44,427 nucleotides of DNA from NCBI GenBank assembly GCA_965365495.1, contig CBDUBX010000001.1:1-44427 (forward strand), read 5' to 3'. The notes beneath the pieces were generated by a model that saw only the letters and a program-made list of their open reading frames with translations, was not told the DNA's origin and did not search any database. The position numbers and the translations under genes were made by a program. Each line of letters starts with the position of its first letter. Position 1 is the first letter of the stretch. Positions 8,609 through 18,154 of this stretch are shown piece by piece. This stretch comes from an uncultured Burkholderiales bacterium (GTDB taxonomy: Bacteria > Pseudomonadota > Gammaproteobacteria > Burkholderiales > Burkholderiaceae_C).

Positions 8609-10354
8609 CTATGCCAGCCCGGGGTTGCCCTGCACGCCGACCAGCCGCGGCGCGTTGATCCGCCGCTCGGCGACGCGGCCGCGCGGCCGCTGCTTGAGCC
8701 ACGTCTCGACGACGTCCCAGACCATCGGCAGCCCGGCGTCGCGCGCCTCGGGTGACACCGGCGCCCAGCCCGCGACCTTGTAGTTGCGGTCGGCGTCGAC
8801 CGGGCGCTCGCCGAGCCGCAGCTCGGAGATCCGCGACCCCATCGCCGCTTCGGGCGTGATCGTGTAGGTCAGGCCGCCGACGCGCACCATGTCGCCACCC
8901 TGCTGGTAGTACGGGTCGGGGTTGAACAGGTTGTCGGCGACGTCTTCGAGCACGGTCTTGATCGTCGCGCCGGTCATCGTCGTCACCGTCGCGTACGAAT
9001 AGGTCGTCGCCACCTGGTCCATCAGCCGCTCGCGCGTGATCGTCTCGCCGGGCAGCAGCGTCGTGCCCCAGCGGAACCCGGGGCTGAATGCGATGTCGGC
9101 GCCCTGCACGTCGAGCAGCGCGTCGCACAGCAGCTGGTCCCAGCTGCCGTTGAAGTTGCCGCGGCGGTACAGCAGCCCGTCGCTGACGGCGAGCTTCTCG
9201 GCCAGCTTGGCCTCGAACGGCGCGCGCACCCTGTCGATCAGCGCGGCCATCGCCGGGTCGGGCGCGAGCATGTTCGCGAACACCGGCAGCAGCGTGTAGC
9301 GCCAGTTGGCGAGGCGCTTGTCCTTGACCTCGAAGTCCATCACGCCGACGAACTTGCCGTTGCTGCCGGCGTTGGTGACGAGCGTCGTGCCGCCGGCGTT
9401 CTTCACCGGGATCGCCACCGGCACGCCGTCGTGCGTGTGGCCGCCGAGGATTGCGTCGACGCCGCGCACGCGGCCGGCCATCTTCAAGTCGACGTCCATG
9501 CCGTTGTGGCTGAGCACGACGACGAGCTGCGCGCCCTTGGCGCGGGCTTCGTCGACGATGGTCTGCAGGTGCTCGTCCTGGATGCCGAAGGTCCAGTCGG
9601 CGACGAAATAGCGCGGGTTGGCGATCGGCGTGTACGGGAAGGCCTGGCCGACGATCGCCACCGGCACGCCGGCGATCTCGCGCAGCGTGTACGGCGCGAA
9701 CACCGCGTCGCCGAAATCGGCGGTCTTGACGTTCTGCGCGACGAAGTCGATGCGGCCGGCGAAGTCCTTGCCGACGACCTCCTTGACGCGCTGCATGCCG
9801 TAGGTGAACTCCCAGTGGCCGGTCATCACGTCGACGCCGAGCAGCTTGGCCGCGTCGACCATGTCCTGGCCTTTGGTCCACAACGCGGTCGCGCTGCCCT
9901 GCCAGGTGTCGCCGCCGTCGAGCAGCAGCGCGCCGGGGCGGCTCGCCTTCAGTCGCTTGACGAGTGTCGCGAGGTGCGCGAAGCCGCCGACGCGGCCGTA
10001 GCGCCGCGCCGCGCGCTCGAAGTCGACGAAGGTCGTCGCGTGCGCCAGCGGCGTACCCGGCGCGACGCCGGTCTGCGCGAGAAAGCGCTCGCCGACGAAG
10101 TGCGGCAGGCGGCCGTTCATCTCGCCGACGCCGAGGTTGACGCTCGGCTCGCGGAACCACACCGGCAGCAGCTGCGCGTGGCAGTCGGTGATGTGCAGCA
10201 GCGAAACGTGCCCCGCGCCGCGGCCGAGCGGCGGCAGGTCGTACAGCGCCGCTTCGGCGGTCGCGGCGTCGGCGTCGGCCCAGCGTGCCAGCCCCATGCC
10301 GGCGGCCGACGCGGCGGCCAGCACCTGCAGGAAGTCGCGCTTGCTGAGGCTCAT
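8609..10354 (-). CDS. soxB: Thiosulfohydrolase SoxB
   Basis: Tat leader SKRDFL; LLHITDCHAQL, LLDGGDTWQG, GHWEF, LSHNGMDVD, GGHTHD, NPDPYYQQGGDMVR. Confidence 0.97.
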   Translation of the reverse strand: MSLSKRDFLQVLAAASAAGMGLARWADADAATAEAALYDLPPLGRGAGHVSLLHITDCHAQLLPVWFREPSVNLGVGEMNGRLPHFVGERFLAQTGVAPGTPLAHATTFVDFERAARRYGRVGGFAHLATLVKRLKASRPGALLLDGGDTWQGSATALWTKGQDMVDAAKLLGVDVMTGHWEFTYGMQRVKEVVGKDFAGRIDFVAQNVKTADFGDAVFAPYTLREIAGVPVAIVGQAFPYTPIANPRYFVADWTFGIQDEHLQTIVDEARAKGAQLVVVLSHNGMDVDLKMAGRVRGVDAILGGHTHDGVPVAIPVKNAGGTTLVTNAGSNGKFVGVMDFEVKDKRLANWRYTLLPVFANMLAPDPAMAALIDRVRAPFEAKLAEKLAVSDGLLYRRGNFNGSWDQLLCDALLDVQGADIAFSPGFRWGTTLLPGETITRERLMDQVATTYSYATVTTMTGATIKTVLEDVADNLFNPDPYYQQGGDMVRVGGLTYTITPEAAMGSRISELRLGERPVDADRNYKVAGWAPVSPEARDAGLPMVWDVVETWLKQRPRGRVAERRINAPRLVGVQGNPGLA

Positions 10355-10430
10355 CGGCGGACGTCGGCGGCGCAGTGGCGGCGCCCGACGCGCGCGGCGT
10401 CGCCGGGACGGCGCCGCGAGGGCAGCACGT

Positions 10431-11081
10431 TCAATTCGCGTTGACCGGCGACTTCGGGTCGAGCAGGTAGGCCATCACGTCGGCCAGCTGCTGCGCATTC
10501 AACAGCCCGGCGTGGCCGAACCGCGGCATGTTCGAGCACGCGTTGTAGGTCTTGCCGTTGTAGATCTTCATCCACGTGTACTCGAGGATCGGCTTGGCGG
10601 TGGCGGCGTACGGGTCGGCGACGCCGCGGTTGCGCCCGTAGTGCGCGAGGCTCGGGCCGATCGTGCCGTAGGCGATCTCCTTCGGGTCCAGCTGGTGGCA
10701 GTTGTAGCAACTGCCGCCGTTGCCGGAGGGATCGGCCGACGCGTCGGTCCAGGTCATGCCGCGGCCGCTTTGCGCGAGCTTTTCGCCATCCTGCCATCGG
10801 CCGAGGTAGCGACCGCCGGGCGGCCACTTCACGTCGGCGCGGGCCTGCGCCATCACGCGTTCGGCGACCTCGTCGGTCGGCGGCTGCGCGGTCGAGCATG
10901 CCTTTTGTCCGAGGTCCTGGTTCAGCCGGTCGACCTTGGCGATGCCTTCGTCGCGAAACGACGAGCGGATCGCCGCTTCAGCGGCGCGGTCGAGCTCGGC
11001 CGACGACGGGCCGGTGGCGCAACCGGCAAGGAGCACGGCGGCGGCGACGATGGCCGACAGAGTGGCGATGGGATGGGTCAT
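10431..11081 (-). CDS. soxX: SoxX monoheme cytochrome c
   Basis: Lipoprotein-like LLAGC; GGSCYNCHQL; GTIGPSL; CSNMPRFG. Confidence 0.93.
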   Translation of the reverse strand: MTHPIATLSAIVAAAVLLAGCATGPSSAELDRAAEAAIRSSFRDEGIAKVDRLNQDLGQKACSTAQPPTDEVAERVMAQARADVKWPPGGRYLGRWQDGEKLAQSGRGMTWTDASADPSGNGGSCYNCHQLDPKEIAYGTIGPSLAHYGRNRGVADPYAATAKPILEYTWMKIYNGKTYNACSNMPRFGHAGLLNAQQLADVMAYLLDPKSPVNAN

Positions 11082-11103
11082 CGGAGCGGTTCCTCGCACG
11101 GCT

Positions 11104-11913
11104 TCAGCGCTTGATCGACGGCGCGATCGACTCGGCGCCACGGGCGTTGACGCCCATGTAGCTGCCGAGCGCGATCGTCACGTCGGAGCCGAACTCGGGA
11201 AACGGAAACCGCTGCTGGCGGAAGCAGTCGTTCAGGCGATGCTGCATCGACCACATCTGGCCGTTGCTGACGCGGTACGCCGGCCACGCCGCGAAGCCGA
11301 CGCCGTCGCCGGGGTTCTTGGTCAGGTTCGGCAGCTCCTGCATGCGGATGCGCTGGCCGTCGACACCGTGGCAAGACGCGCACGAGAAGTCCATCGGCCC
11401 GCCGCGGAAGAAGAACGCGCGTTTGCCGATCTCGTAGGTGCGACGCTCCTCGGGGTGGTCCTGCGGCAGCGCGAAGCGCATACCGCGCGACTGCGCCGCG
11501 ACGTAGGTCGCCAGCGCGCTGACGTTGGCGCGCTCGCCGCGGCCGAAGTTGGCCTTCAGCACTTCCTGCGGGTCGATGCCCTGCAGCATCTGCATGCAGC
11601 TGACGAGACGCGATTCGAGGTCCTGCACGCGGCCGGTGTCGGCGAACCAGCGCGGCAACTCGACGAACGCTCCCTTGACGACGCCCGGTCCCTTGCCGAG
11701 GTCGCAGCGTTCGAGCGACGCCTTGTTAGGCCCGCGCGGCTGCTTCCACAGCTCCTCGCCCTTGGCCTCGAACAGGTCGGCGGGGTTGCCGTCGGCGAGC
11801 ATCGCGCGGTACTGCGCGATCGCGTCGGCCGCGGCCTTGTCCTGCGCCGGCGCGGCGGCGGCGGCGGCCAGCAGCGCAGCGGCCGCCAGTCGCCCAAGGG
11901 CTCTCGTCGTCAT
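11104..11913 (-). CDS. soxA: SoxA, monoheme type
   Basis: Single CASCH; WPAYRVS; RLNDCFRQQR (active-site Cys); N-terminal Cys pair instead of a second heme site. Confidence 0.94.
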   Translation of the reverse strand: MTTRALGRLAAAALLAAAAAAPAQDKAAADAIAQYRAMLADGNPADLFEAKGEELWKQPRGPNKASLERCDLGKGPGVVKGAFVELPRWFADTGRVQDLESRLVSCMQMLQGIDPQEVLKANFGRGERANVSALATYVAAQSRGMRFALPQDHPEERRTYEIGKRAFFFRGGPMDFSCASCHGVDGQRIRMQELPNLTKNPGDGVGFAAWPAYRVSNGQMWSMQHRLNDCFRQQRFPFPEFGSDVTIALGSYMGVNARGAESIAPSIKR

Positions 11914-11995
11914 GCGTCGGGTCTTCCTCTGGCCTTGTGTTGTTCGTCGTTGCCCTACTCGGCGGCACCCGCTGCGCCGCTGCGCAGCGCAACGG

Positions 11996-12307
11996 TCAGG
12001 AGACGGTCGCTTCGTCGGTGCGCTTGTCGCCCTTGTTGTCGACCCACGTCACGGTGACCTTGTCGCCGGGCTTGCCGCCCTTGACGACGAACTGCAGGAA
12101 CGGGTTCTTCGCGACCGACGGCCCCCACTGCGCGGTGAGCACGGTCTTGCCGTTCAGCGCGGCGGTGACGTCCTGGATGAACCACGCCGGCACCGGCTTG
12201 CCGGCCGAGTCCTTACGCAGTCCGGTTTCCATCTCGTGGCTCATCAGCACGCGCACGGTCGTCTTGTCGCCGGCGGCTTGGGCGCGGATGCGCATCGGGT
12301 CTGCCAT
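11996..12307 (-). CDS. soxZ: SoxZ
   Basis: MADPMRIRA; LMSHEMETGLRKD; WGPSVAKNPFLQF; WVDNKGD; AAGGAG RBS. Confidence 0.95.
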   Translation of the reverse strand: MADPMRIRAQAAGDKTTVRVLMSHEMETGLRKDSAGKPVPAWFIQDVTAALNGKTVLTAQWGPSVAKNPFLQFVVKGGKPGDKVTVTWVDNKGDKRTDEATVS

Positions 12308-12344
12308 GTCGTTGCTCCTTCGATTGCTGTGGGCGAACGGTCGT

Positions 12345-12803
12345 TCAGCCGCCGCAGCCGCCAAGCGTGACCTTGATCTCCTTGCCGGCGTACATCACCT
12401 TGCCGTCGTTCAAGATCGCGACGGCGTAGACGTTCGACGACTGGCCCATCTTCACGCGGGTGCCGATGTTGGGCTCGACGAGTTCGGTGACGTCGAACAC
12501 CGCGGCCAGCGTGTTCGGGTTCTTCTCGACGAGCAGCGCGAGCTGCTTGACGCCGGCCAGCGTCGTCGACGCACCGACCGGAACGACCGCGCCGTTCTCG
12601 GCGATGTCCGGGCCGGTGATCGTGACGTCCTTGCTTTCGACCGGGGCGCCGCCGCCGAGCGCCTTGACGGTGTCGGCCAGCGTCTTGGCCTCGAATGCGG
12701 CCTTGGACCATTCGGCGTGGGCGGCCGCGGGCAGCAACCCGGTGGCGGCGAGCAGGCCGGCGAGCTGCGCGCTCGTCGCGATGACGGTGCGTCGGTTGGG
12801 CAT
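12345..12803 (-). CDS. soxY: SoxY sulfur carrier
   Basis: Tat leader NRR; PDIAENGAVVPV; EKNP; C-terminal VTLGGCGG. Confidence 0.97.
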   Translation of the reverse strand: MPNRRTVIATSAQLAGLLAATGLLPAAAHAEWSKAAFEAKTLADTVKALGGGAPVESKDVTITGPDIAENGAVVPVGASTTLAGVKQLALLVEKNPNTLAAVFDVTELVEPNIGTRVKMGQSSNVYAVAILNDGKVMYAGKEIKVTLGGCGG

Positions 12804-12828
12804 CTTCGATCTCCTCGGGTGCGGTGCG

Positions 12829-13929
12829 TCAGGGCTTGGCGCCGCGAACCAGCCATTGTGCGATGGTCGCGGCGTCGGCGTCGGGAAGGGTTTGCGCGGG
12901 CATCGCCACCGGACCCCAGACGCCGACGCTGCCGGCGCGGATGCGTTGCTGCAGATGCGCCGCCGCGTCGGCACGGTCGGCGTACTTGCGGCCGACGTCG
13001 ACGAACGCCGGGCCGACGTTCTTCGCGTCGACGCCGTGGCAGACGAGGCAGCCGTGCTGGCGGGCGAGCGCGGTTGGCGTCGGCGCCCCGACGGCGGGCG
13101 TGCCGCGCGGCTCGGTCGGGCGCTTCGCCGTCGGCCGCGCCGCTGCCGGCTGCGTCGTATCGGCGCCGCGCTGCGCGCCGACGTCGCGGTTCTGCTCGGC
13201 GAGGTTGCCGTGCGCGTTGCGCGCGAAGTCGGGCAGCATCGACGCCACACCCGGCTCGGGCGCGCAGTCGCGCATGCAAGCCGTGGCGCGGATGTCGGCG
13301 CGGCCGCCGTTGCCGACGCCCTTGCCGGGCCACAAGTGGTGGTCGGTGGTCATGCCGTGGCGGTTCGGCAGCCGCTGCTGCACGTCACTGATGTTGCGGT
13401 CGGACAGCGTGAAGTCGGCCGGCACGACGTCGGCCAGGTGCAGCAGGAACGCGGTGACCGCGTAGACCTCGTCGTCGGTCAGCGACTTCGGCTCGTTCCA
13501 GGGCATCGCGCGGCGGATGTAGTCCCACAGCGTCGACACCGTCGGCAGCTTCATCATCGTCGTGCGGCCGGGGAACGACGCGTCGTCGAGCCGCGCGACG
13601 CGGCCGCGAGCGATGTCTTCCTTCGTCGTGCCGCCGACGAGCGGCGTGAACGTCGTGTTGGCCTCGCCGAAGATGCCATGGCACGACGCGCACTTCGCCT
13701 CCCACAAGTCCTGGCCCTGCGCGACGCTGCCCGACCCGCGCGGCAGCCCCTTGAAGTCGGGGCGGACGTCGGTGTCCCACGCGGCGACCTCGCGGGGCGT
13801 TGCCGGCCGACCGATGCCGGGGTAATCCGACGTCTTGGCCGGCGCGGCGAGCACCGCCGTCGCCACGCCGGCCACGGCGACGGCCACGGCGAGCGTCGCG
13901 AGCCAACGCCGGCTACGACAGCTGGACAT
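12829..13929 (-). CDS. soxD: SoxD diheme cytochrome c
   Basis: GIGRPATPREVAAWD; CASCHG; WDYIRRAMP; second heme CLVCH; overlaps the soxC 3' end. Confidence 0.9.
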   Translation of the reverse strand: MSSCRSRRWLATLAVAVAVAGVATAVLAAPAKTSDYPGIGRPATPREVAAWDTDVRPDFKGLPRGSGSVAQGQDLWEAKCASCHGIFGEANTTFTPLVGGTTKEDIARGRVARLDDASFPGRTTMMKLPTVSTLWDYIRRAMPWNEPKSLTDDEVYAVTAFLLHLADVVPADFTLSDRNISDVQQRLPNRHGMTTDHHLWPGKGVGNGGRADIRATACMRDCAPEPGVASMLPDFARNAHGNLAEQNRDVGAQRGADTTQPAAARPTAKRPTEPRGTPAVGAPTPTALARQHGCLVCHGVDAKNVGPAFVDVGRKYADRADAAAHLQQRIRAGSVGVWGPVAMPAQTLPDADAATIAQWLVRGAKP

Positions 13930-15298
13930 TCCGGACCTCGCCGCTCTCCTGCACCAGCCAGGTCTGGATCGAGTGGTTGTGGTAGATCGACCGCGTGCCG
14001 CGCACCGCCCGCGCCTGGCGGTAGGTCGGCTGGACGTAGCCGGTCTCGTCGCGCGCACGGCTTTGCACCAGTGCCGGCCGGCCGTTCCACGTCCACGGCA
14101 GCGTGAACCGCGTCAGGCATTTCGCGAGCACCGGCGTCTGCAGCCGCGCCGGGCGCCAATTGCGCCCGCCGTCGACCGACACGTCGACCGCCGCGACCTT
14201 GCCGCGCCCCGACCACGCCAGCCCCGACAGCGTGTAGTGGCCGCGGTCGAGCAGCACCTGGCCGCCCGACGGCGTCGTGATCACGCTCTTGCACTCCTGC
14301 ACGCTGGTGTACTGGCGGTGCAGTCCGCCGGGCATCAGGTCGACGTAGTGGATCGATTCGTCCTTCGTGCCGTACGGCCGGTCGCCGACCTCGATGCGGC
14401 GCAGGTACTTGACCCAGCTGACGCCCTGCACGCCCGGGACGACGAGGCGCAGCGGATAGCCGTTCTCGGGGCGCAGCATCTCGCCGTTCTGGCCGTAGGC
14501 GACGAAGACGTCGCCGGATTCGACCAGCTCCATCGGGATCGTCCGCGTCATCCCGGACCCGTCGGCGCCTTCGGCAAGCAGATAGCGCCCACGCTTGAAG
14601 TCGGCCCCGGCCAGTTCGAGCAGCAGCTTCAGCGGCACGCCGGTGAATTCGCTGCAGCTGAGCATGCCGTGGCTGTACTGCACCGTCGGCACCGCGACGT
14701 TGCCCCATTCCATGCCGGTGTTGGCGCCGCACTCGATGAAGTGGAAGCGGCTGACCGACGGCAGCCGCATCAGCTCGTCGACGGTGAAGACCATCGGCGT
14801 CGCGACGAGCGCGGCGTCGCTGCCGTTGACCATCAGCCGGTGGCGGCTCGGGTCGATGTCCCACCAGCCCTGGTGGTGGCGCTCGAAATGCAGCCCGCTC
14901 GGAGTGACGATGCCGAACAGGCTCTGCAGCGGCGCGAACGACACCGACGATTGCTGCGTCTGCGTCAGCCCCGGGCTCTGCCGGCGCTGCACGTTGGCCT
15001 CGTATTTCGACGGCCGGCCGTAGCCGTCGGTGGCCACGCCGAGACCGAGCCCGGTCGAGTGCTCGGGCAGCTTCAGGATCGCGTCGTCGCCGCCGCTGGC
15101 CGGCACCGGGTTGACCTGCGCCGACGCGCGCCCGGACAGCGTGGCGGCGCCGCTGGCCGCGACCGCGCCGGCGAACGCGCGCCGGATGAAATCGCGCCGC
15201 CCGGCGCGCGCTTCGCGGACGACTTCGCCGACCGCGCGACGGTCGAGGAAGCCCTCGGGCGCCTTGCGCAGCCGTCCCGGCGTCGCCGGATCGTTCAT
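13913..15298 (-). CDS. soxC: SoxC molybdopterin sulfane dehydrogenase
   Basis: GRRDFI Tat motif; TPSGLHFERHH; FIECGAN; ENGYPLRL..PG; VKYLRRI; SRARDETG. Confidence 0.95.
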   Translation of the reverse strand: MNDPATPGRLRKAPEGFLDRRAVGEVVREARAGRRDFIRRAFAGAVAASGAATLSGRASAQVNPVPASGGDDAILKLPEHSTGLGLGVATDGYGRPSKYEANVQRRQSPGLTQTQQSSVSFAPLQSLFGIVTPSGLHFERHHQGWWDIDPSRHRLMVNGSDAALVATPMVFTVDELMRLPSVSRFHFIECGANTGMEWGNVAVPTVQYSHGMLSCSEFTGVPLKLLLELAGADFKRGRYLLAEGADGSGMTRTIPMELVESGDVFVAYGQNGEMLRPENGYPLRLVVPGVQGVSWVKYLRRIEVGDRPYGTKDESIHYVDLMPGGLHRQYTSVQECKSVITTPSGGQVLLDRGHYTLSGLAWSGRGKVAAVDVSVDGGRNWRPARLQTPVLAKCLTRFTLPWTWNGRPALVQSRARDETGYVQPTYRQARAVRGTRSIYHNHSIQTWLVQESGEVRNVQLS

Positions 15299-15318
15299 TC
15301 GATGGGCCTTGAATTCAA

Positions 15319-15338
15319 ATATCAGCAAGCACGAATAT
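15319..15338 (-). promoter_or_regulatory. Putative ArsR-type operator ATATTC-N8-TGATAT upstream of soxC
   Basis: Minus strand reads ATATTCGTGCTTGCTGATAT, 20 bp before the soxC ATG; second copy at 3717-3736. Confidence 0.65.
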
Positions 15339-15477
15339 GAGGCCGGCAGACACCGCGGCGTAGCGGGAAAACACGGGCGCGGCGGCGCCGCGGCGGCCGC
15401 CGTCGCGGCGACAGCGGGGCGCGCCGGCGCGGGTGCGCCGGGACGGTCGGATCGCGCGGCTCGCCTGCGCCGCCGCG

Positions 15478-15903
15478 TCAAGCCTGGCCGACGATCGACG
15501 CGGTCGCAATCAGCTCGTCGAACAGCGCCATCGACGCTCGCCCCGACACCGAAAACGGGTCGAGCGTCGCGCATTCCGAATACCGCAACAGCAGCGCGGG
15601 GTTGAGCCGCGCGGCGTTGACCTGTCCCATCGACCAGCCGGCGAAACGGCGTTCGGCGATCTCGTCGAAGCTCAGCAGCTCGACGTCGGTGTGGCGCGGG
15701 TCGGCGGCGATGCGGTGGTACAGCCGGCTGACGGCGCTGCGGCCGCCTTCGAGCACCTGCAGGAAGATGCCGTCGCTGAAGCACAGCACGCCGGTGATGC
15801 CGAGCGGCGGGTTGTGCGCCTTGCAGCTGCGCAGGATCGCCGGCAGCACGTCGGCACCGACCGGCGCGACCGCGCGGCTGGCGTACAGCAGTCGAACGAG
15901 CAT
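15478..15903 (-). CDS. Stand-alone BLUF blue-light flavin sensor
   Basis: LLYASRA (Tyr), HN...GITGVL, FLQVLEG (Gln), I.ADPRH, RRFAGWSMG (Trp/Met). Confidence 0.93.
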   Translation of the reverse strand: MLVRLLYASRAVAPVGADVLPAILRSCKAHNPPLGITGVLCFSDGIFLQVLEGGRSAVSRLYHRIAADPRHTDVELLSFDEIAERRFAGWSMGQVNAARLNPALLLRYSECATLDPFSVSGRASMALFDELIATASIVGQA

Positions 15904-15937
15904 CGCGAGGCCCTTTCGTTCGTCGGATCGCTACGGG

Positions 15938-16660
15938 TCAGTCGGTCTTGCGCGGCAGCAGCGCGAGGAATTCGCGACGCAGGTTCGCGTCCTTCAGGAA
16001 CGCGCCGCGCATCACGCTGTTGACCATCGCGCTGTCGGTGTCCTTGATGCCGCGCCAGTGCATGCAGAAGTGGTCGGCTTCCATGACGATCGCCAGACCG
16101 TCCGGGCGCACGCGGTCCTGCAGCTCGTTGGCGAGCATCGTCACCGCCTCCTCCTGGATCTGCGGCCGGCTCAGCACCCAGTCGGCGATCCGCGCGTACT
16201 TCGACAGGCCGATCAGGTTGCTGTGCTCGTTGGGCAGGATGCCGATCCACACCTTGCCGAAAATCGGGCACATGTGGTGGCTGCACGCGCTGCGCACGGT
16301 GATCGGGCCGACGATCATCAGCTCGTTCAGCCGCTCGACGTTCGGAAACTCGGTGACCGACGGCATCGGCTGGTAGCGGCCGCGGAACACCTCGTCGACG
16401 TACATCCGCGCGACCCGCAGCGCCGTGTCCTGCGTGTTGTGGTCGCCGTCGGTGTCGATGACGAGCGCGCGCAGCAGCTCGCGAACGCGCGCCTCGACCT
16501 CGGACTTCAGCGCGTCGAGCTCGCCGTCGCGGACGTGCGCGGCGATGTTGTCGTTGGCGTGGAAGCGCCGTCCGGCGGCGACGAGGCGCTCGCGGATGCG
16601 TTGCGACACCGGCACGCCGTCGTCGGCGGCCGGCTCCGGGGCGTCGGGCGCAGCGGACAT
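15938..16660 (-). CDS. folE: GTP cyclohydrolase I
   Basis: TALRVARMY; SACSHHMCP; IGLSKYARI; RPQIQE; HFCMHWRG. Confidence 0.95.
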   Translation of the reverse strand: MSAAPDAPEPAADDGVPVSQRIRERLVAAGRRFHANDNIAAHVRDGELDALKSEVEARVRELLRALVIDTDGDHNTQDTALRVARMYVDEVFRGRYQPMPSVTEFPNVERLNELMIVGPITVRSACSHHMCPIFGKVWIGILPNEHSNLIGLSKYARIADWVLSRPQIQEEAVTMLANELQDRVRPDGLAIVMEADHFCMHWRGIKDTDSAMVNSVMRGAFLKDANLRREFLALLPRKTD

Positions 16661-16758
16661 CGGCCGCGACGATAAGCGAGTCGCGTCGGCCGCGCGTGCC
16701 GCCGTCCGCGGTCGTTGCGTCGCGTGGCGACGGCAAGGGCCGCGACTAGACTGCTTCG

Positions 16759-18126
16759 ATGACCGGCCCTGCCGCCGCCACCCCGTCGCAGCCGCTCGCC
16801 CGCCTGCTCGAACTGACGGCCGACACGGTGCAAGCGGTGCGCAGCGGCCGGTCGCTGAACGACGTGCTCGCGCGCACGCCGGCCGACGCGCGCCCCGGCG
16901 TGCAGGCGCTGGCGTTCCACACGCTGCGCTGGCTCGGCAGCGCCGGCGAGGCGCGCGCCAAGCTCGTGCCGAAGACGCCGGCGCCCAACGTCGACGCGCT
17001 GCTCGTCACGGCGCTGGCGCTGCTGTGGCCCGGCGAGCCGCTGCCGTACGCCGAGCACACGCTCGTCGACCAGGCGGTGACCGCGGCGCAGCGCCGCATC
17101 CCGGCCGCGGCCGGGTTCATCAACGCGGTGCTGCGTCACTTCCTGCGCGACCGCGACGCGATCGTCGCCGCGGTCGGCGTCACGCCGATCGGCGCTTACA
17201 ACCACCCGCTGTGGTGGATCGACCGGATCAAGGTCGACTGGCCCGCGGTGTGGCAGCCGCTCTTGCTCAGCGCCAACGCCCGCCCGCCGATGACGCTGCG
17301 CGTCAACGCGCGACGCGGGTCCGGCGCGGCCTACGTGCAGCGGCTCGCGGCGCACCTGCGCGGCGCGACGCTGCTGGACGACGCGGCGTTCGGCGGACAG
17401 GCGGTGGTGCTCGCCGAGCCGTGCCCGGTGCAGGCGCTGCCGGGATTCGCCGAAGGTGAGGTGTCGGTGCAGGACGCCAACGCGCAGCGCGCCGCGCGGC
17501 TGCTGATCGGCGACGGCCTGCCGCGCGGTGCGCGCGTGCTCGACGCTTGCGCCGCGCCCGGCGGCAAGACCGCGCACCTGCTCGAGCTGGCCAACGTCGA
17601 CGTGTTCGCGCTCGACATCGACCCGGTGCGGCTGGCGCGCGTGCAGGACACGCTGAACCGGCTGCAGCTGCGCGCGACGGTCGCCGCCGGCGACGCGCGC
17701 GACCCGCGCGGCTGGTGGGACGGCAAGCCGTTCGACGCGATCCTCATCGACGCGCCGTGCACCGCGTCGGGCATCGTTCGCCGCCACCCCGACGTGCGCT
17801 GGCTGCGCCGCGCCGACGACGTTGCCGCGCTGGCGCGGATCCAGGCCGAGATGCTGCACGCGCTGTGGCCGCTGCTCGCCCCCGGCGGGCGGCTGCTGTA
17901 TGCGACGTGCTCGGTGTTCCACGCCGAGGGCCGGCAGCAAGTCGATGCGTTCCTGCAACGCCTGGGGCCCGGCGCGGCGCGGCTGGCGAGCGAGTCGCCG
18001 GGACATCTGCTGCCCACCCGCGACAATCCGGCGACGACCTCGACGATGCTGCCGACGTTGTCGCCGCCTCTGCGCAGCCCGGTGCTGCACGACGGCTTCT
18101 TCTACGCGCTGATCGTCAAAACCTGA
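16759..18126 (+). CDS. rsmB: 16S rRNA m5C967 methyltransferase
   Basis: FINAVLR; PMTLRVN; SVQD; VLDACAAPGGKT; DAPCTASG.VRRHPD; YATCS; DGFFYA. Confidence 0.95.
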   Translation: MTGPAAATPSQPLARLLELTADTVQAVRSGRSLNDVLARTPADARPGVQALAFHTLRWLGSAGEARAKLVPKTPAPNVDALLVTALALLWPGEPLPYAEHTLVDQAVTAAQRRIPAAAGFINAVLRHFLRDRDAIVAAVGVTPIGAYNHPLWWIDRIKVDWPAVWQPLLLSANARPPMTLRVNARRGSGAAYVQRLAAHLRGATLLDDAAFGGQAVVLAEPCPVQALPGFAEGEVSVQDANAQRAARLLIGDGLPRGARVLDACAAPGGKTAHLLELANVDVFALDIDPVRLARVQDTLNRLQLRATVAAGDARDPRGWWDGKPFDAILIDAPCTASGIVRRHPDVRWLRRADDVAALARIQAEMLHALWPLLAPGGRLLYATCSVFHAEGRQQVDAFLQRLGPGAARLASESPGHLLPTRDNPATTSTMLPTLSPPLRSPVLHDGFFYALIVKT

Positions 18127-18154
18127 AGCGCCTCCGCGCGCCGCGCCCCTTGCC

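Noticed and set aside
11104-11913. SoxA with only one heme motif as a defect
   Set aside because: Monoheme SoxA with a disulfide replacing the first heme is an established type.
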